DNA of 64,000 nt, from positions 744,001-808,000 of the forward strand of contig OZ287075.1 in NCBI GenBank assembly GCA_965645245.1, given 5' to 3'. This document shows, piece after piece, positions 60,093 through 64,000 of the stretch; positions within the stretch are counted from its first letter, which is position 1; every line of letters begins with the position of its first letter. The notes beneath the pieces are model-generated. The model did no database searches. It saw only the letters and a program-made list of their open reading frames with translations, and was not told where the DNA came from. The position numbers were made by a program, and so were the translations under genes. The stretch comes from Massalongia carnosa. Taxonomy: Eukaryota.

Positions 60093-63000
60093 TAAACTTG
60101 TCGCGAAAATGACTACACTCGAACAAACAAGCGCTCTCGAGAGCGCACAGCGAAAGGAGGGAATGTTTACAAGTAAAGATCAAGGAATATCTTGATCGAG
60201 TAGGCACCGTTGGTGACCCGGAGGTGTTGCTGTTGCTGAGAAACTCGGCGAAAATTTTGCAAGCGCAAAATCTAGTCGATGACAAAGTTGCAGAAACTCC
60301 CAACAATATAGGTGACACATTACAGGCAATCCAATAATCATTGACACGCAAAGAGCGCAATGAGACCACTCCTCGCAGCTATGCCGCTGCTGCTACAAGG
60401 CAAGGCCGAGATGAGCCCGTACCTCCAAAGAACAAAAACGTCAAGCCTCAACAGGCCCGCAAAGACAAAGCACCCACACCAAGAGAAGCGCGACGTGTCC
60501 GGGAAATCACCGTTCACATCACGGAGGATGCGGACAAGGAAAAAATGAAGCTAATGCCAACCAAGGAGTTAGTAGAAACACTACAAAATGGAGCTGAAGG
60601 AATAAGGGGAGTGTCGCGTTTATTAAACGGCGACATCGGGATTCACGCAGAGTCATTGGAAGCAAAGAAGACCCTGCAGGAGAAGACCGATTGGACCCGC
60701 ATGGTGGCCGCCTCAGCTGCGGTGCACACCCGCACCTTTACCGTAAGAGCGAATGGAATCAGGGTAGAAAACATCAAAGTGGCCAATCAATCAACAGCTA
60801 TCACCTACCTTCAGGCCGCTAACGCACGCCTGCACCCTAACCTGAAGATCGTCAAAGTAGCCTGGTCAATCAAGGCCATTAGAGAGAAAAGAGCGTACTC
60901 GACGCTTCATATATAGGTCGCCACTACCGAGATGACTAACCGGCTCATTACCGAGGGACTAATAGAAAGCTACGAAATAAAGGACTGCGAGCGCTTCACA
61001 CGTGGTTGCACCCTGACTCAATGCTTCAACTGCCAAAAATACGGACATATCGGTAGAGCATGCCGCAATCCCGCCGCCTGTGGTCACTGCGCCGGTGGAC
61101 ATTAAAGCAAAGAATGCAGTCTGGAGACAACGGGGCAATACCGCCGTTGCGCCGTCTGCGGAGAGAAGGGACACGAAGCATGGTCTACAGCATGCAAAGT
61201 CAGATTAGCTGAAAAGCGAAAAACTGAAATAGCAATGCGAAACCGCTCCCCCCTCTATGCAATCGAATCACAGCCGCCCTCATTTCAATTTCAACTTCAA
61301 CGAGAGTCGACAACCGCAATCACACAAACGGACGAAATTCCGTCAACGTGGAAGATAGAAAACGGCAAGAAAAGAAAAATATACAACGCTACGCCCTCAT
61401 CCGGCACACCCCCGGGCCTTCATCGGGGAAAGGACGCACCTACCTGGGCTAATATAGGCATCATGAATCCTGAAAATATGGTAAAGGCCTTAGCAAAACC
61501 AGTGCTGAGTAGGCCTCGTGCAGATTCCGTAGCATTAACGGCAGGAACTCAGGTCATATCGAACACAGCGGCCGAAACGATGGAAATCGTATGAGGGACA
61601 CAAAATCCCTTTCTATATTGCAGTATAATGTCAGAAATGACAGAGTGAGTACTATTATACCCCTCTTAGCAGACAAAACACACCCAGGACTATGATATTA
61701 TTGCAATACAGGAACCGTGGCGCAATCCATCCTCCCCCACATCGCTTAGTTCTCATCAATGCGGCTTTCACCTCTTATACCGCCCAGGAGGTGACACCAG
61801 AGTATGCTTTTATGTCAACGACCTAATAGACACTGACAGCTGGGAGGTGGAATTCACCTCGGTCGACAATTGCACTTTGAAAATAAAGACCTACACCGAA
61901 GGCGTTATGGAAACAATTCACGTCCATAATGTGTATAACCCCTCTCCCGCTTCCTATTCATTACTGACAGTCCCACGACCTTACCAGCGGCTCGTAGCAT
62001 GCTTACGGCCGATGCGCATCACATACTACTTGGAGATTTTAACCTGCATCATCCCTTTTGGAATGGTCCCTCAAGACCCACACAACACGCTGCTGCTGAT
62101 CAATTACTGGAAATAATCGATGATCATAATCTTTCGTTGAAACTGCCGAAAGGCACCGTAACATGGGAAGCAAGAAACACGTCTAGCACGATAGATTTGG
62201 TTTTCATGTCAGAATACCTAGTCGAAAGACCCGAACACTACATGTCCAGACCAGAATTGAATCAATCGTCCGATCACGTGCCGATATCAACCCGTATCCT
62301 ACTCGGAAGCGAGCCGCAACCGAAAATCAAACGCAGAGCATGGAAATATCTAAACCTGGAAAAATTAAGGGAGGCCGAACGACACGCCCCTATACCAGAG
62401 TCTCCCCGTACTACTGCCGAGATTGATGCGTACGCGGAATCGATTCAAAAATTTCTACAAAATGTAATCAACGAAGCAGTTCTATTGGCAAAATCTAGCG
62501 AATATGCTAAGCCATTCTGGACAGAAGAATGCAGCATTGCAACCAAAGCCACACGGAAACTACGCCGCATATGGTCCAGCACGTTAGACCTAACGGACTG
62601 GTCTAACTATATGAAATCCAATGATAAAAAACAGAAAATCATTCAAAAGGCAAAGAGAACAAACTTTCGTCAAGAAATCAATTAGGCACCCGAAATGCCT
62701 CAGGGACTATGGCGGCTAGCGAAATAGGCCAAAGACAAAAGTCATCAATCTAGAGAAGTATCCAAAATGCCGATGCTAAAATTCAATGACCAAGTAGCAG
62801 ACACGTTTGACCAAAAAGCCGAAATGCTGAAAGGTGTCTTCTTTCCCGCACCACCACCGGCCGACTTAAGCGACATAGAAGGATCCTTCTATCCTACATC
62901 GCCGCACTGCCCAATAATCATCACCAAGTCAGAAGTATCGACGGCCCTGAGTCGGCTCAAGTCCGATAAGGCACCGGGCCCAGATGGCATATCTAGTAGA

Positions 63001-64000
63001 ATACTCAAAGCATGCAGCGAAATACTTGTCGAACTACTAATACTTCTGTTTCGGGATTGCGTCATACACTCGTACCACCCGCGGGCCTTCAAAATGGCAA
63101 ACACAATAGCGCTGAAAAAAATAGGTAAAGGAGACTATACCACGCCGAAAGCCTACCGTCCAATTGCACTGCTCAACACGATCAGTAAAGTTATGGAATC
63201 CATCATTTGATCGAAAATAACCTATCTGGCGGAAAAACACCGGCTCCTACCCGATACACAGATGGGGGCAAGGAAGGGCAGATCCACAGAGTCAACACTG
63301 GAACTGCTAACTGAACAGGTTCACACGATTTGGGGACAGGGAAAAGACAAAGTAGCCAAACTTCTAAGCATGGACGTCGCCGGCGCGTTCGATACGGTAT
63401 CACATCATCGACTAACGCACAACCTACGGAAAAGAAAAGTTCCAAAATAGATCACCGACTGGTTAAACAGCTTTCTGAGCGATCGAAGCACCACTTAACA
63501 ATAAATCGAAAAGTCACTGGGCGGTTTGCGGTAAGAACGGGTATCCCCCAGGGCTCTCCCCTGTCAACCATTCTTTACCTATTTTACAATGCAGATCTAT
63601 TGGATATATGTGATCGACCAGGCAAAAATATAAGTGCAATAGGATTCGTAGACGACTCTAACATTTTGGCATATGGAAAAAGCACCGAGGAAAACTGCAA
63701 AACTCTAGAGGCAATATACAGACAATGTGAGAAGTAGGCTTCCCGGCACGGGTCCGTATTCGATCCGACGAAGTACGAACTCATACACTTGTCTAGAAAT
63801 CCCAAAAGATTCAACATGACTGCATCCATCAATATTGCTAGCACCGAAATTGAACCTAAAATGGATATCAGAGTATTGGGCCTACAAATCGACAACAAAT
63901 TGAAATTGGGACCGCACGTTCGCAAGACGCAAGAGAAAATGTTCAAACAATCCATGACATTGACAAAAATTTCCACATCAACCTGGGGTGCCACCTTCGC
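60093..64000 (+). mobile_element. Second, more degenerate LINE family B copy; runs off the window
   Basis: Colinear with 35773-40630 but without the LTR insert; ORF1 ATG at 60109, ORF2 ATG at 61591; many stops and frameshifts. Confidence 0.93.

Overview
This is a gene-free 64-kb block of fungal repetitive DNA; I found no host gene, tRNA or rRNA. Its composition and lack of RIP-like decay suggest a powdery-mildew-like genome, possibly pericentromeric (inference). Almost all of it consists of nested transposons. These comprise many copies of an AT-rich Tad-clade LINE with RNase H (family A; subfamilies A1 and A2; one intact full-length copy at 43122-49886), two RNase-H-less Tad-like LINE families (B, C), a Ty3/gypsy chromovirus with identical 173-bp LTRs, a 941-bp non-autonomous LTR element, two solo LTRs and a split pogo/Fot1 transposon. 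Target-site duplications (TSDs) resolve a five-layer nest from ~34.7 to 59.7 kb. Four signals stand out. (1) A ~1.8-kb non-coding sequence with 5' tandem monomers and four tRNA T-arm/B-box-like repeats occurs twice, each time joined at the same end to family-A LINE sequence, once inside the LINE's own TSD. (2) Family A has a ~0.9-kb AUG-free 5' leader with covarying stems. (3) Both LTR elements have Tf1-like self-priming PBSs. (4) There is a twin-priming inversion with a 33-bp TSD and apparent conversion between inverted copies.
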